A stretch of DNA of 64,000 nucleotides from Stenotrophomonas sp. MMGLT7 (GCF_021168555.1 NZ_JAJOZS010000003.1:276061-340060), one strand, 5' to 3'; shown: positions 48,157-60,987, counted from the first letter of the stretch. The notes: generated by a model from the sequence alone, not told the origin. Made by a program: numbers and translations.

Positions 48157-49527
48157 ATGTCACTTCCCATCGGATTCACCGCCGACGCTGCCGACGCGCT
48201 GCCGCTGCACGTGCTCGACCGCGAAGGCCTGGCCGCCTGGCGGCAGGCGCAACCGGCCGCGATCGGCGGCTGGCTGGAGCAGCAGCGGTTCACCGCGGCC
48301 GCCGGCAGCTGCCTGCTGCTGCCGGGTGCGGCCGGCATCGCCGGCGCGGTGATCGGGGTGGGCGACCGCCTGGACGCGCATGCCTACGCGCACGCGCCGT
48401 TCGCGCTGCCGGCCGGAAGCCGCTGGCGCCTGGCCGGCGGGCTGGCCGAGGCCGAGCAGGCCGCGCTGCAGCTGGGCTGGGGCCTGGGCAGCTATCGCTT
48501 CGCCCGCTACAAGCGCCCGTTGCGCGAGCCGGCGCAGCTGCTGGCCACGCCGGCGCCGGAGGTGGCCACGCTGATCGACGCCTGCCTGCGCGTGCGCGAC
48601 TGGGTCAACACGCCGACCGAGGACATGGGCCCGGAGCAGCTCGAGCAGGCCGCACGCGAACTGGCGCAGGCGCACGGCGCGCAGGTCGCCGTCATCAGCG
48701 GCGACGAACTGCTGCAGAGGAACTTCCCCACCATCCACGCGGTCGGCCGCGCCTCCCACCGCGCGCCGCGGCTGATCGAGCTGAACTGGGGCGACAGCGC
48801 CCACCCGCACGTGGCGCTGGTCGGCAAGGGCGTGTGCTTCGACACCGGCGGGCTGGACCTGAAGAGCGCCGACGGCATGCGCAACATGAAGAAGGACATG
48901 GGCGGCGCCGCGCACGCGCTGGCGCTGGCCGGGCTGGTGATGGCCAACGCGCTGCCGGTACGGCTGACGCTGCTGGTCCCGGCGGTGGAGAACGCGGTCG
49001 GCCCGGACGCGATGCGCCCCGGCGAGATCGTCACCACCCGCACCGGGGCCACGGTGGAGATCGACAACACCGACGCCGAGGGCCGGCTGATCCTGTGCGA
49101 CGCGCTGGCCTACGCCGGCGAGCAGCGGCCCGAGCTGATCCTGGACTTCGCCACCCTCACCGGTGCCGCGCGCGTGGCGCTGGGCCCGGACCTGCCGGCA
49201 CTGTTCGCCAACGACGACGCGCTGGCGCAGGCCTGGCTCGACAGCGGCGCGCAGACCCGCGACCCGGTCTGGCGCATGCCGCTGTGGCGCCCGTACCTGC
49301 GCTACCTCACCAGCCACGTCGCCGACCTCGCCAACGCCGGCTCGCGCATGGCCGGCGCGGTCACCGCCGCGCTGTACCTGGAGCGCTTCGTGCCGGCCGG
49401 CATCAAGTGGGCGCACCTGGACGTGTACGCCTGGAACGACAGCGAACGTCCCGGCCGCCCGGCCGGCGGCGAGGCGCTGGCGCTGCGCTCGGCCTGGGCG
49501 ATGCTGAAGGCGCGCTACGGCCGCTGA
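48157..49527 (+). CDS. M17 leucyl aminopeptidase family protein (PepB-like)
   Basis: Hallmark NTDAEGRL motif, …VGKGVCFDTGGLDLK…; AGGAGG RBS before ATG 48157. Confidence 0.85.
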   Translation: MSLPIGFTADAADALPLHVLDREGLAAWRQAQPAAIGGWLEQQRFTAAAGSCLLLPGAAGIAGAVIGVGDRLDAHAYAHAPFALPAGSRWRLAGGLAEAEQAALQLGWGLGSYRFARYKRPLREPAQLLATPAPEVATLIDACLRVRDWVNTPTEDMGPEQLEQAARELAQAHGAQVAVISGDELLQRNFPTIHAVGRASHRAPRLIELNWGDSAHPHVALVGKGVCFDTGGLDLKSADGMRNMKKDMGGAAHALALAGLVMANALPVRLTLLVPAVENAVGPDAMRPGEIVTTRTGATVEIDNTDAEGRLILCDALAYAGEQRPELILDFATLTGAARVALGPDLPALFANDDALAQAWLDSGAQTRDPVWRMPLWRPYLRYLTSHVADLANAGSRMAGAVTAALYLERFVPAGIKWAHLDVYAWNDSERPGRPAGGEALALRSAWAMLKARYGR

Positions 49528-49926
49528 GCGTCCTGCGCCCGACGTTGCCTGCGATAACGACGCAACCACCCGTGGCCCGGGCAAGCGCCACCGACCGGGG
49601 CAACCGGACCCGGCTGCGAGGGTCGTCCCGGGTGAGGCCTTCGGCCTGGCCCGGGCTGCGCGGCTGCGGCCGCTGACCGGACCGTCCGGGTTTTCATGGG
49701 GAAGGCCCCGGCCGGCCGGCCTTGGCCCGCACCACCCCGGGACCCGGTGCGACCAGCCCCGGCCGCCGCAGCGGTGGGCCGAGGCCCACCCCATGGCGAC
49801 AGCAGAAACATGGCGACAGCAGAAACAATGCGTAGTCCGGGGCCACGCCCACGGTGCCCCACGGAATCCGGACACCCGGCGCCTGGCTGACCCGGGCACC
49901 CGGCACGCCGGCCGCGTGGGACCGGC

Positions 49927-51610
49927 CTACCTGCCGGCCAGCATCACCTGGTCGCGGCCGTTGCGCTTGGCCGCGTACAGCGCCTCGTCGGCGCGCTGCA
50001 GCAGCAGTTCGGGGGTGTTGCCGTGCGGCAGCAGCCCGGCCACGCCGATGGACACGGTGGCCGCCGGCAGTTCCGCGCCCAGGTGCTGGACCCGCAGCTC
50101 GGACACCGCCTTGCGGATCTCCTCAGCGCGCGCCAGCGCCGCCTCGGGCGCGGCCTCGGGCAGGATCAGGGTGAACTCCTCGCCGCCGTAGCGGCAGGCG
50201 ATGTCCTCCTGCCGCGACATCGCCTGCAGCAGCTTGCCCAGCCCGGCCAGTAGCGCGTCGCCGCCGGCGTGGCCGTGGGTGTCGTTGAAACGCTTGAAGT
50301 GGTCCAGGTCGAGCATCATCAGCGCCAGCGGCAGGTTGCGCCGCTGGCAGCGCGCCAGTTCGCGCCCCAGCGACTCCTCCAGATAGCGGCGGTTGAACAG
50401 CCCGGTGACCGGGTCGCGGATGGACTGGATGCGCAGGCGCTCCTGCAGCTGCAGGTTGGACAGCCCCATCGACAGCTGCTCGGCGGCGGTGTCGATGATG
50501 TGCGTGCGCGACATGAAGGCTTCGTCCGGCGCCGAGACATAGATGAAACCCAGCTGCACGCCCTGCGCCATCAGCGGGATGCAGGCGCTGGCGGCACCCT
50601 CCGGGCCAGGCCCGTGCACGTGCACGCAGAAGGCATCGCCGCTGCGGCTGCGCGCCAGGTAGGGCTGGCCGCGGCGCAGCGCCCAGCAGTCGCCGACCGG
50701 CAGCATGTCCTCGGACGGCAGTGCGTGCGTCCCCCAGTGCACCAGGGCCTCGGCGTAGTCGCGCGAGGCGCGGACGCGGTAGATGGTGCCGCCGGTGCCC
50801 GGCAGCAGCCGCAGCATGACGTGGGTGGTGAGCTGCAGCGCCTCCTCGGTATGGGTGCAGCTCTGCAGCATGCTGGCGAAGCGGCTCAGCTCGCCCAGGT
50901 CCGCGGCGGCGCCCTCCAGCTCCTGCACGCTCTGGCGCAGCTTGCGGTTGCCTTCCAGCGACTTGCGCTCGGCCAGCTGGCGGCGGCGGTTCTCGCGCAG
51001 CATCATCACGTAGACCATCACGATCACGCCGATGCCGAACGGGATGCCCGCCATCGCCAGCATCTTGAGCAGCATGGCGCTCTCGTGGCTGGACTGGTCG
51101 CGCGCGCGCAGCAGTTCGGTCTCGGTCTCGGTCATCTCGGCCAGCAGCGCACGCACGGCCTCGGCGGTGGGGCGCGCGTCCTTGTGGATGCCCCCCGGTA
51201 CTGCCGCCAGTCCCTGCCGCTCGTAGACGGCCAGCGTCGCGGCGATCTGCTCCTGGCGCATCTGCAGCAACCGGTCCAGGCGCTTGAAGCGCGCCACCTG
51301 CTGCGGGTTGTCCCGCACCGCCTCGCCCAGCCCCTTGAGCACGATCGGCATGCGTTCGCGGGCGGCGTAGTAGTCCGCCAGCGTGGACACGCGGCCGGCC
51401 AGCATGTAGCCGCGCTGCGCCGCCTCGATGTCGCGCAGGGTGGCATCGACCTGGTCGATGCGCGCGATCACGCTGTGGGTATGCGACACCCATTCGGCGT
51501 CGCTGATGAAGCGGTCCGCCCCTGCGGTCACGCCGAAGCCGATGCCGAGGAAGATCAGGCTGGCCAGCAGCGGGCCGAGATGGCGGGCTAGGAAATACTT
51601 ACGAGCCATG
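49927..51610 (-). CDS. diguanylate cyclase with CHASE3-like N-terminal sensor, GAF-like middle and GGDEF (GGEEF) domain
   Basis: 561 aa from MARKYFLARHLGPLLASLIFL; …LTGLFNRRYLEE…RYGGEEFTLIL…. Confidence 0.8.
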
Positions 51611-51688
51611 GAGGAAAGACGACGGCAGGCAGGGGGGAGGACGGAAGTGGCGCCGCCCCTGCCGGCACCTTCGTGGCCCGGCATGCTA

Positions 51689-52288
51689 CTACAGCCAGCC
51701 TTTCTGCCGGGCCAGGCGGTAGGCCTCGACGCGGTTGCCGACGCCGAGCTTGCCGATGCATCCGGACAGGTAGTTGCGCACGGTGCCGGGCGAAAGGCCC
51801 AGCCGCCCGGCGATCTGCGCCGCCGACAGCCCCTCGCCCGCCAGCCGCAGCACGCCGCGCTCGCGCTCGCTGAACGGATCAGCCTGCGACCAGGCGTCCA
51901 GCGCCAGCTGCGGATCGATGGCACGGCCGCCGCGGTGCACCTGGCGCAGCGCCGCGGCCAGCGTCTCGGCCGGCGCGTCCTTGAGCAGGTAGCCGCCGAC
52001 CCCGGCGTCGAGTGCGCGGCGCAGGAATCCCGGGCGCGCGAAGGTGGTCACGATCACCACCCGCACCGGCAGGGCATGGCGCTGGACCCGCTGCGCCAGT
52101 TCCAGGCCGCTCAGGCCCGGCATCTCGATGTCGGTGACCAGCACGTCCGGACGCAGCCGCTGCAGCTCGCGCCAGGCGTTCTCGCCGTCGCCGGCGCTGC
52201 CGACCACCTCGATGTCGTCCTCCAGCTCGAGCAGCGCCGCCAGCGCGCCGCGCAGCATCGCCTGGTCCTCGGCCAGCAGCACGCGCAT
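51689..52288 (-). CDS. LuxR/NarL-family response regulator
   Basis: MRVLLAEDQAMLR… receiver (D54-like VLVTDIEMPG), C-terminal LuxR HTH (…LSERERGVLRLAGEGLSAAQIAGRLGLSPGTVRNY…). Confidence 0.85.
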   Translation of the reverse strand: MRVLLAEDQAMLRGALAALLELEDDIEVVGSAGDGENAWRELQRLRPDVLVTDIEMPGLSGLELAQRVQRHALPVRVVIVTTFARPGFLRRALDAGVGGYLLKDAPAETLAAALRQVHRGGRAIDPQLALDAWSQADPFSERERGVLRLAGEGLSAAQIAGRLGLSPGTVRNYLSGCIGKLGVGNRVEAYRLARQKGWL

Positions 52289-52349
52289 CGCATCGTCTCC
52301 ACGCTTCACCTTGCCTGGCACATTAGCAGAGCGCGCCGCCCCGCCGCGC

Positions 52350-53492
52350 CTATCCCGCCGCCGCGCGCAGCGGCAGCGCCGCCTGCAGCCGCGTCCCCTG
52401 CCCGCGCAGCGAATCCACCCGCAGTTCCCCGCCCAGCGCCTGCAGCCGCTCGCGCATCCCGCGCAGCCCGTTGCCCGGGGCGATGTCGCCGCCGCGGCCG
52501 TCGTCGCTGACCTGCAACAGCGCGCGGTCGCCGGTGCAGGCCAGCTCGATGCGCACGCTGCGCGCGCGTGCATGCCGCTGGATGTTGGTGACGGCCTCGC
52601 GCACGGTCAGCGCGAACACGGTCTCCAGCTCCGGCGGCAGCGCGATGGCGGACAGGTCGTAGCTCAGGCCGATGCCGTCGGCCTCCAGCAGCAGGTGCGC
52701 CGAGGCCAGCTCGGCGGCCAGTTCGGCCGCGCGGATGCCGGTCACGGCATGGCGCACCTGCGCCAGCGCCTCGCGCGAGACCCGCGCCACCTCGTCGATC
52801 TCGTGCCGCGCGCGGCACGGATCGCGCTCGACCAGGCGCCCGGCCAGGTCAGCCTTGAGCGCCACCAGCGACAGCGTGTGCCCGAGCAGGTCGTGCAGGT
52901 CGCGGCCGATGCGCTCGCGCTCGGCGGTGGCGGCCAGCCGCCGCACTTCCTCGTGCGAGAGCTTCAGCGCGGCGCTGGTGCGCTGGTTGCGGCGTTCGAC
53001 ATGGACCAGGGTGCCGATGACCAGCGTGGTCACCGGCACCCAGACCAACGTCGTCCACGGATAGCCCAACCACCTGGCGAACGCCAGCAGCGCCACGTTG
53101 GCCAGCGCGATCTGCAGCAGGCGCAGCCACAGCGGACGCATGTCCCCGCCGCCGAACATGACGCAACCGAACACGAAATAGGTCAATGCCGGCGGATACC
53201 AGCGGAACAGCACCAGCGACAGTGCGATCATGCCCAGCGCGCACGCCCCGACCCGCCGCCGCGGCAGCATCAGCGTCGCCGCGTACAGCGCCAGGAACAG
53301 CGGATACGAGAGCAGCGTCAGCCCCAGCCAGCGCAGGTCGTAGCCGCGCGGGGTGAATATCGGCACCACGAACACCCAGGCCGTCCACAGCAGGTGCACG
53401 GCCTCGATCCAGGCCGGCTTGCCCTGTCGCAGCGTGTCCGCCAGCAGGGAATCGGGGGCCGGGTACATCCATGCGGGCAAGGGCCGGCTCAT
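52350..53492 (-). CDS. sensor histidine kinase, HisKA_3/DesK-LiaS type
   Basis: N-terminal 5-6 TM, H-box RERIGRDLHDLLGHTLS, HATPase_c (…SDDGRG…GNGLRGMRERL…). Confidence 0.8.
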   Translation of the reverse strand: MSRPLPAWMYPAPDSLLADTLRQGKPAWIEAVHLLWTAWVFVVPIFTPRGYDLRWLGLTLLSYPLFLALYAATLMLPRRRVGACALGMIALSLVLFRWYPPALTYFVFGCVMFGGGDMRPLWLRLLQIALANVALLAFARWLGYPWTTLVWVPVTTLVIGTLVHVERRNQRTSAALKLSHEEVRRLAATAERERIGRDLHDLLGHTLSLVALKADLAGRLVERDPCRARHEIDEVARVSREALAQVRHAVTGIRAAELAAELASAHLLLEADGIGLSYDLSAIALPPELETVFALTVREAVTNIQRHARARSVRIELACTGDRALLQVSDDGRGGDIAPGNGLRGMRERLQALGGELRVDSLRGQGTRLQAALPLRAAAG

Positions 53493-53529
53493 CTGCAGTC
53501 TCCATGTCGTCGGGCCCGCGGGCCGCGAC

Positions 53530-54297
53530 TCAGCCACGGCGCAGCCGCCGCAGCGCAAGCGCGAAGCATAGCGCCGCGACCGCCAGCGGCATCGCCACGT
53601 GCAGCAGCGGCGATCCCAGCGCGGACTGGCCGGCAACGTGCAGCGCCAGTTGCGCCAGGTGCCACGACGGCCACAGCGGGGCCAATGCCGCGAACACCGG
53701 CGGCAGCAGAGACAGCGGCAGCCACAGTCCCGACAGCAGCGCCAGCGGCAGGTACACCAGGTTGACGATGGCCGGTGCCGCCGAGGCCGAGGCGCAGCTG
53801 CCGATCAGCAAGCCGATGGCGCAGAACGGCAGCGCCGCCAGCACATCCACCGCCACCAGCGCCAGCCCCTGCGCCGGCGAGATCTTCACGCCGCCCAACG
53901 ACGTCCCGGCCGCCAGCAGCATCAGCGCGATGAGCAGCGCGAACAGCATCGCCATCAGCATCCGCGCCAGCAGCCATGCCGCCGGGGGCGCCGGCAAGGC
54001 GCGCTTGAGGGTGAGCAGCCCGCGCTCGCGGTCGATCGCCAGGGTGACGCCGAAGCCGAACAGGCCCGGCGCCATCGCCCCGAACACGCCGTAGGTGGCC
54101 AGCAGGTAGGCCGAGCCGTTGCCACGTGCCAGCAGCACGCCGAACAGCAGATAGAACAGCAGCGGGAACAACAGCGAGGGGATCGCGAAGGCCGGCGTGC
54201 GCAGTACCCGCAGCAGTTCGCAGCGGGCCTCGGCGAGATAGATCGGCCATTCGCGCACATGGCCGCTGGCGGGCCGGCGGTCGGTGGGTATGTTCAT
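53530..54297 (-). CDS. ABC-2 type transporter permease
   Basis: 255 aa, 6 TM, from MNIPTDRR; overlaps ATPase gene by 4 nt. Confidence 0.7.
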   Translation of the reverse strand: MNIPTDRRPASGHVREWPIYLAEARCELLRVLRTPAFAIPSLLFPLLFYLLFGVLLARGNGSAYLLATYGVFGAMAPGLFGFGVTLAIDRERGLLTLKRALPAPPAAWLLARMLMAMLFALLIALMLLAAGTSLGGVKISPAQGLALVAVDVLAALPFCAIGLLIGSCASASAAPAIVNLVYLPLALLSGLWLPLSLLPPVFAALAPLWPSWHLAQLALHVAGQSALGSPLLHVAMPLAVAALCFALALRRLRRG

Positions 54298-55199
54298 GCG
54301 GCCTCCGCGGTCCGGGCGATGTCGAGGAAGGCTTCGGCCAGGCCGGCGCGCTGCACTTCCAGTTCGGCCAGTTGCGGATCGGCGGCGAGCAGTCGCGCCA
54401 CCACGGCTTCGGCGCGCGCCACGACGATCTCCAGGCGCATGCCGTCGGCGCCCACCGCCTTCACCTCGTCCCACTGCGCCACCTGCGCGGCGGCCAGCGC
54501 GGTGCGGCAACGTATCCGCGACTGCCCCACCCGGGCGCGCACCTCGTCGATGCCGCCTGCGGCGACGACGCTGCCGCGCTGCAGCACCACCACGCGATCG
54601 GCCAGCGCCTCGGCTTCCTCCAGGTAGTGTGTGGTCAGCAGCACCCCGCAACCGGCGCCGACCATCTCGCGAATCGAGCGCCACAGCCGCTGCCGCGCCT
54701 CGACGTCCAGCCCGGTGGTGGGCTCGTCGAGGAACAGCAGGCGCGGCCGCCCGCAGATCGCCAGCGCGAACTGCACGCGCCGCTGCTGGCCGCCCGAGAG
54801 CTGGCCGTAGCGGCGCCCGAGCAGGTCCTCCAGTCCGGCCAGCGTGGCGCAGTCGGCGATGCTGCGCGGCGCCGGGTAGTAGCGCCGGGTCAGGTCGAGC
54901 AGTTCGCGCACGCGCAGCACATCGGGCAGTCCCGCGCTCTGCAGCATCACCCCGATGTCGCGGCGCGCGGCGCGCTCGCTGGCCGGCAGGCCGCCCAGCA
55001 GCGCCTGGCCGCGGTCCGGGCGGTGCAGGCCGAGCAGCAGGCCGATGCTGGTGCTCTTGCCGGCGCCGTTGCCGCCGAGCAATGCGAGCAGTTCGCCCGC
55101 GCGCACTTCCAGGTCCACCCCGCGCACGGCATGGGCCGCGGCGAAATGCTTGTGTGCGCCAACCAGGCAGGCCAGCGGCGGGAACGGAATGGGCGGCAT
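54294..55199 (-). CDS. ABC transporter ATP-binding protein
   Basis: Walker A GGNGAGKST, signature LSGGQQRR, Walker B LLFLDEPTTGLD. Confidence 0.85.
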   Translation of the reverse strand: MPPIPFPPLACLVGAHKHFAAAHAVRGVDLEVRAGELLALLGGNGAGKSTSIGLLLGLHRPDRGQALLGGLPASERAARRDIGVMLQSAGLPDVLRVRELLDLTRRYYPAPRSIADCATLAGLEDLLGRRYGQLSGGQQRRVQFALAICGRPRLLFLDEPTTGLDVEARQRLWRSIREMVGAGCGVLLTTHYLEEAEALADRVVVLQRGSVVAAGGIDEVRARVGQSRIRCRTALAAAQVAQWDEVKAVGADGMRLEIVVARAEAVVARLLAADPQLAELEVQRAGLAEAFLDIARTAEAA

Positions 55200-55427
55200 C
55201 GGAGTGCTCCGGCGGGACGTTGCGTGCAGCCTGCCGTGCCGCCGATCGCACCTGCAGTCACGGCCGTCAGCGAATCCGGGTGACAGCTGTCACTGGCCGC
55301 TGCGAAGGCGTGCGCGCATGCTGCAGGCCGCCGATCGGGGCGCGGCGAGGCAGCGGATGACTTCCGGCAGCTTGCGGCAGCCGCCCCGCGCGGTCACATT
55401 CGCTCCATCTTTCCGTCCCGTATCCAC

Positions 55428-56670
55428 GATGAACGCATCCGCCGACCTGCTGAAGGAACTCCGCATCGACCGCAAGGCGCCGCCGTCCGAGCCGCCGCCC
55501 GGACGCAGGCGCGGCTGGATCGTGGCGATCGTGATCGCCGTGCTGCTGGCGCTGGCCGGCCTGGCCTTCGCCCTGCTGGGCCGCGGCCGCGCGCCGGAGG
55601 TGCACACCGCGCCGGTGGTGGCGATCGCCCCGGGCGGTTCCTCGTCCTCGGTGCTCGACGCCAGCGGCTACGTGGTGGCCCGGCGCATGGCCACGGTCTC
55701 GGCCAAGATCACCGGCAAGGTGCGCGAGGTGATGATCGAGGAAGGCATGCGGGTGGAGGAAGGCCAGGTGATGGCCACGCTCGACCCGATCGACGCCGAC
55801 GCCCAGCGCCAGCTCGCGGCCTCGCAACTGGAAGCGGCGCGCTCGCAGGTGGACAACATGCGCGCGCAGCTCACCCAGGCCGAGGCCGAGGCGGGCCGCC
55901 TGCAGGCGCTGGTGGCGCAGCAGCTGGTGTCGCGCTCGCAGTACGACCAGGCGGTGGCGCAGCGCGACGCCCTGCGTGCACAGCTGCAGAGCGCGCAGCG
56001 CAACGTGCGCGTGGCCGGCGACCAGCTCGCCATCTCCGACCTCAACGTGGACAACAACATCGTGCGCGCCCCGTTCGCCGGCGTGGTCACCGCCAAGGCG
56101 GCGCAGCCGGGCGAGATCGTCTCGCCGCTGGCCACCGGCGGCTTCACCCGCACCGGCATCGGCACCGTGGTGGACATGGATTCGCTGGAGATCGAAGTGG
56201 AAGTCGGCGAGTCCTACATCGGCCGGGTGCAGCCGAAGATGCCGGCCGAGGTGGTGCTCAACGCCTATCCGGACTGGAAGATCCCGGCCGAGGTGATCGC
56301 GATCATCCCGGCCGCCGACCGCGGCAAGGCGACGGTGAAGGTGCGCGTGGCGATCCAGGTGAAGGATCCGCGCATCGTGCCGGACATGGGCGTGCGGGTG
56401 AGCTTCCTGGAGAAGCCGCAGCCGCAGCAGGACGGGCCGCAGGGCGTGCGCGTACCCGCCAATGCGCTGGTGCAGCGCGGCGGGCAGACGCTGGCTTTCG
56501 CGCTCAAGGGCGACGACCGCGTCGAGCAGCGCGCGGTGAAGGCCGGCATCGAGATGGGCCAGGACCGCCAGGTGCTGTCGGGCCTGGCGGCGGGCGAGAC
56601 GGTGGTGGTCGAGCCGCCGCAGGAACTGGAAGACGGCGCCAAGGTGAAGCTGTCGCCGGCACCGCAGTAG
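55428..56670 (+). CDS. efflux periplasmic adaptor subunit (HlyD/MacA-like)
   Basis: Start MNASADL (55428); TM anchor, coiled-coil (QLAASQLEAARSQVDNMRAQLTQAEAEAGRLQAL…), beta-barrel/lipoyl segments. Confidence 0.8.
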
Positions 56671-56725
56671 TCAGTGTCAACGCTGTCCGCACGGGAGCAA
56701 GCCCCCAAAGGACAGCGCGAACCCC

Positions 56726-57537
<812 letters not shown>

Positions 57538-57611
57538 GGAAATTTTCCCGATCTTCCCTGCCACCGCGCCAGCGTGCCGGCACGGACCAAACGCCACCCA
57601 GAGGAATCGCC

Positions 57612-58298
<687 letters not shown>

Positions 58299-58323
58299 GC
58301 GCAGCGACAGACGGAGCATCCCG

Positions 58324-59481
58324 ATGAAATACTTCTCGCTGATCTGGGCCCAGCTGTTCCGCAGCCGGACCCGCACCTCGCTCACGCTGCTGTCGGTGGT
58401 GGCCGCGTTCCTGCTGTTCGGCCTGCTCGACTCGGTGCGCGTGGCGTTCAATTCCGGCGGCAGCGTCGACGGCGCCAATCGCCTGATCGTGGCCTCGCGG
58501 CTGTCGATCACGCAGACGCTTCCGATCAGCCTGCAGCGGCAGATCGAGTCCGTGCCCGGGGTCGGGCAGACGACCTACGCCATGTGGTTCGGCGGCGTCT
58601 ACCGGGACATGAAGAACTTCTTCCCCAACTTCTCGGTGGCGCCCAACTTCTTCGACGTCTACCGCAACTACGAACTGCCGCCGGAGCAGAACAAGGCGTT
58701 CCAGGACACCCGCACCGGCGCCGTGGTCGGCGAGTCGCTGGCCAACAAGCACGGCTGGAAGATCGGCGACACCATCCCGCTGCAGGCCACCATCTTCCCG
58801 CGCAGCGGCAGCAACGACTGGCCGTTGCAGCTGGTGGGCATCTTCCGCGTCAAGGACCGCAACGCCGTGGGCGAGGAGAACCAGCTGGTGATGAACTGGA
58901 AGTACTTCGACGAGGCCAACGACTACATCAAGGGCAAGGTCAGCTACTACACCGTGGTGCTGGACAACCCCGACCACGCCTCGCGCGTGGCGCAGGCGAT
59001 CGACGCGCTGTCGGCCAACTCCGACCACGAGACCAAGTCGCAGACCGAGTCGGCCTTCCAGCAGGCCTTCGCCAAGCAGTTCGCCGACATCGGCCTGATC
59101 GTCACCGCGATCATGGGCGCGGTGTTCTTCACCCTGGTGCTGCTGACCGGCAACACCATGGCGCAGGCGGTGCGCGAGCGCATTCCCGAGCTGGCCACGC
59201 TGAAGACGCTGGGCTTCACCGACGCCACCGTGCTGACCCTGGTGATGGTCGAGTCGGTGCTGCTGATCGTGCTCGGCGGCTTGCTCGGCATGGGCCTGGC
59301 GGCACTGATCGTGCCGGCGCTGGCGAGCGCATCGCAGGGCATGCTGCCGATCCGCAGCATCCCGTGGCAATCGTGGGCGGTGGCGCTGGCGCTGATGCTG
59401 TGCATCGGCGCGGTGGTGGGGCTGCTGCCGGCGCTGCGCGCACGGCGGCTGAAGATCGTCGATGCATTGGCCGGCCGCTGA
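58324..59481 (+). CDS. ABC transporter permease, FtsX-like with periplasmic MacB_PCD-like domain
   Basis: N-terminal TM, ~230-aa periplasmic domain, C-terminal 3 TM (…TLKTLGFTDATVLTLVMVESVLL…). Confidence 0.8.
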   Translation: MKYFSLIWAQLFRSRTRTSLTLLSVVAAFLLFGLLDSVRVAFNSGGSVDGANRLIVASRLSITQTLPISLQRQIESVPGVGQTTYAMWFGGVYRDMKNFFPNFSVAPNFFDVYRNYELPPEQNKAFQDTRTGAVVGESLANKHGWKIGDTIPLQATIFPRSGSNDWPLQLVGIFRVKDRNAVGEENQLVMNWKYFDEANDYIKGKVSYYTVVLDNPDHASRVAQAIDALSANSDHETKSQTESAFQQAFAKQFADIGLIVTAIMGAVFFTLVLLTGNTMAQAVRERIPELATLKTLGFTDATVLTLVMVESVLLIVLGGLLGMGLAALIVPALASASQGMLPIRSIPWQSWAVALALMLCIGAVVGLLPALRARRLKIVDALAGR

Positions 59482-59496
59482 GCGGAGGAGGACATC

Positions 59497-60810
59497 ATGA
59501 AATCCAGGAATTGGCTGTGGAACCTGCTTTCGATCCTGCTGCTGGCGCTGCTGCTGGCGATCTGGATCGTGCTGCCGTGGTATGGCGTGCTCGCCGTCGC
59601 GGCGGCCGTCGCGCTGTGGCTGCTGCTCGCCCGCAGCGGCCGGCTGGCGCTGGCGGCCGCGCGCATCGGCATCGCCAGCCTGCCGCAGCGCTGGGGCGCC
59701 TCGTCGGTGATCGTGGTCGGCATCGCCGGCGTGGTCGGCGTTCTGGTGGCGATGCTGGCGATGGGCGAGGGCTTCAAGGCCACGCTCGCCAGTACCGGCG
59801 ACGACAGCAGCGCGATCGTGCTGCGCGGCGGCTCGCAGGCCGAGAGCAACTCGGTCATCACCCGCGACCAGGTACCGCTGGTGGCCAGCCTGCCCGGCAT
59901 CGTCCGCGGACAGGACAACCGCCCGCTGCTCTCGCCGGAGATGTCGCAGGTGGTGAACCTGGCCTCCAAGGCCGACGGCACCGATACCAACGTGCAGTTC
60001 CGCGGCATCGGCGAGCTGGGCTGGGCGGTGCACGACAAGGTCAGGATCGTGCAGGGCCGCAGGTTCGGCGCGGGACTGCGCGAGGTCGTGGTCGGCCAGG
60101 GCGCGCTGGGCCAGTTCCGCGGCCTGGAGGTCGGCAGCACGCTGGCCCTGGGCCGCGAGCAGTGGACCGTGGTGGGGGTGTTCGCCTCCGGCGACGCCCA
60201 CGACTCGGAGCTGTGGGGCGACGCGCAGACACTGGCCTCCACCTACAACCGCAGCGCCTACCAGTCGATCACCGTCAAGACCGGCGACAAGGCCGGCTTC
60301 GAGCAGTTCAAGGCGGCGATGGCCGCCGACCCGCGGCTCAAGCTGGACGTGGAGACCACCCGCACCTACTACGCCAAGCAGGGCGGCGGCATGAGCACCC
60401 TGATCACGGTCCTGGGCACGGTGATCGGCGCCATCATGGCGGTGGGCGCGGTGTTCGGCGCACTCAACACCATGTACGCGGCGGTGGCAACGCGTGCGCG
60501 CGAGATCGCCACCATGCGCGCCATCGGCTTCCGCGGCCTGCCGGTAGTGGCCGCGGTGATGCTGGAGACGATGCTGCTGGCGCTGGTCGGCGGCGTGCTC
60601 GGCGGACTGGTCGCCTGGCTGGTGTTCAACAACTACAGCGTGTCCACCCTGGGCAGCAACTTCAGCCAGGTGGTGTTCCAGTTCCGCGTCTCGCCGGAAC
60701 TGCTGTGGAGCGGGTTGAAGTGGGCGCTGGGCATCGGCCTGGTCGGCGGGCTGTTCCCGGCGCTGCGCGCCGCGCGGCTGCCGATCACCGCGGCCTTGCG
60801 CGAGGTGTAG
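59497..60810 (+). CDS. second FtsX-like ABC transporter permease
   Basis: Same architecture (…TMRAIGFRGLPVVAAVMLETMLLALVGG…). Confidence 0.8.
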   Translation: MKSRNWLWNLLSILLLALLLAIWIVLPWYGVLAVAAAVALWLLLARSGRLALAAARIGIASLPQRWGASSVIVVGIAGVVGVLVAMLAMGEGFKATLASTGDDSSAIVLRGGSQAESNSVITRDQVPLVASLPGIVRGQDNRPLLSPEMSQVVNLASKADGTDTNVQFRGIGELGWAVHDKVRIVQGRRFGAGLREVVVGQGALGQFRGLEVGSTLALGREQWTVVGVFASGDAHDSELWGDAQTLASTYNRSAYQSITVKTGDKAGFEQFKAAMAADPRLKLDVETTRTYYAKQGGGMSTLITVLGTVIGAIMAVGAVFGALNTMYAAVATRAREIATMRAIGFRGLPVVAAVMLETMLLALVGGVLGGLVAWLVFNNYSVSTLGSNFSQVVFQFRVSPELLWSGLKWALGIGLVGGLFPALRAARLPITAALREV

Positions 60811-60987
60811 GCCGCACGCGGAACCCGAGCGCGGGACAAGGCTCTCGGGTTCCCGGAACCGGATAGAGGCACGAGCGCCGAACCTCGTTCTCGTCATCCC
60901 CGCGTTCGCATTGCTGTCGGGAGAAAATTCAGGATCGGACAGTTGTCAGCCGAAGTGGCATGGCTCGCGTTCGGAAGAATTGAACGC

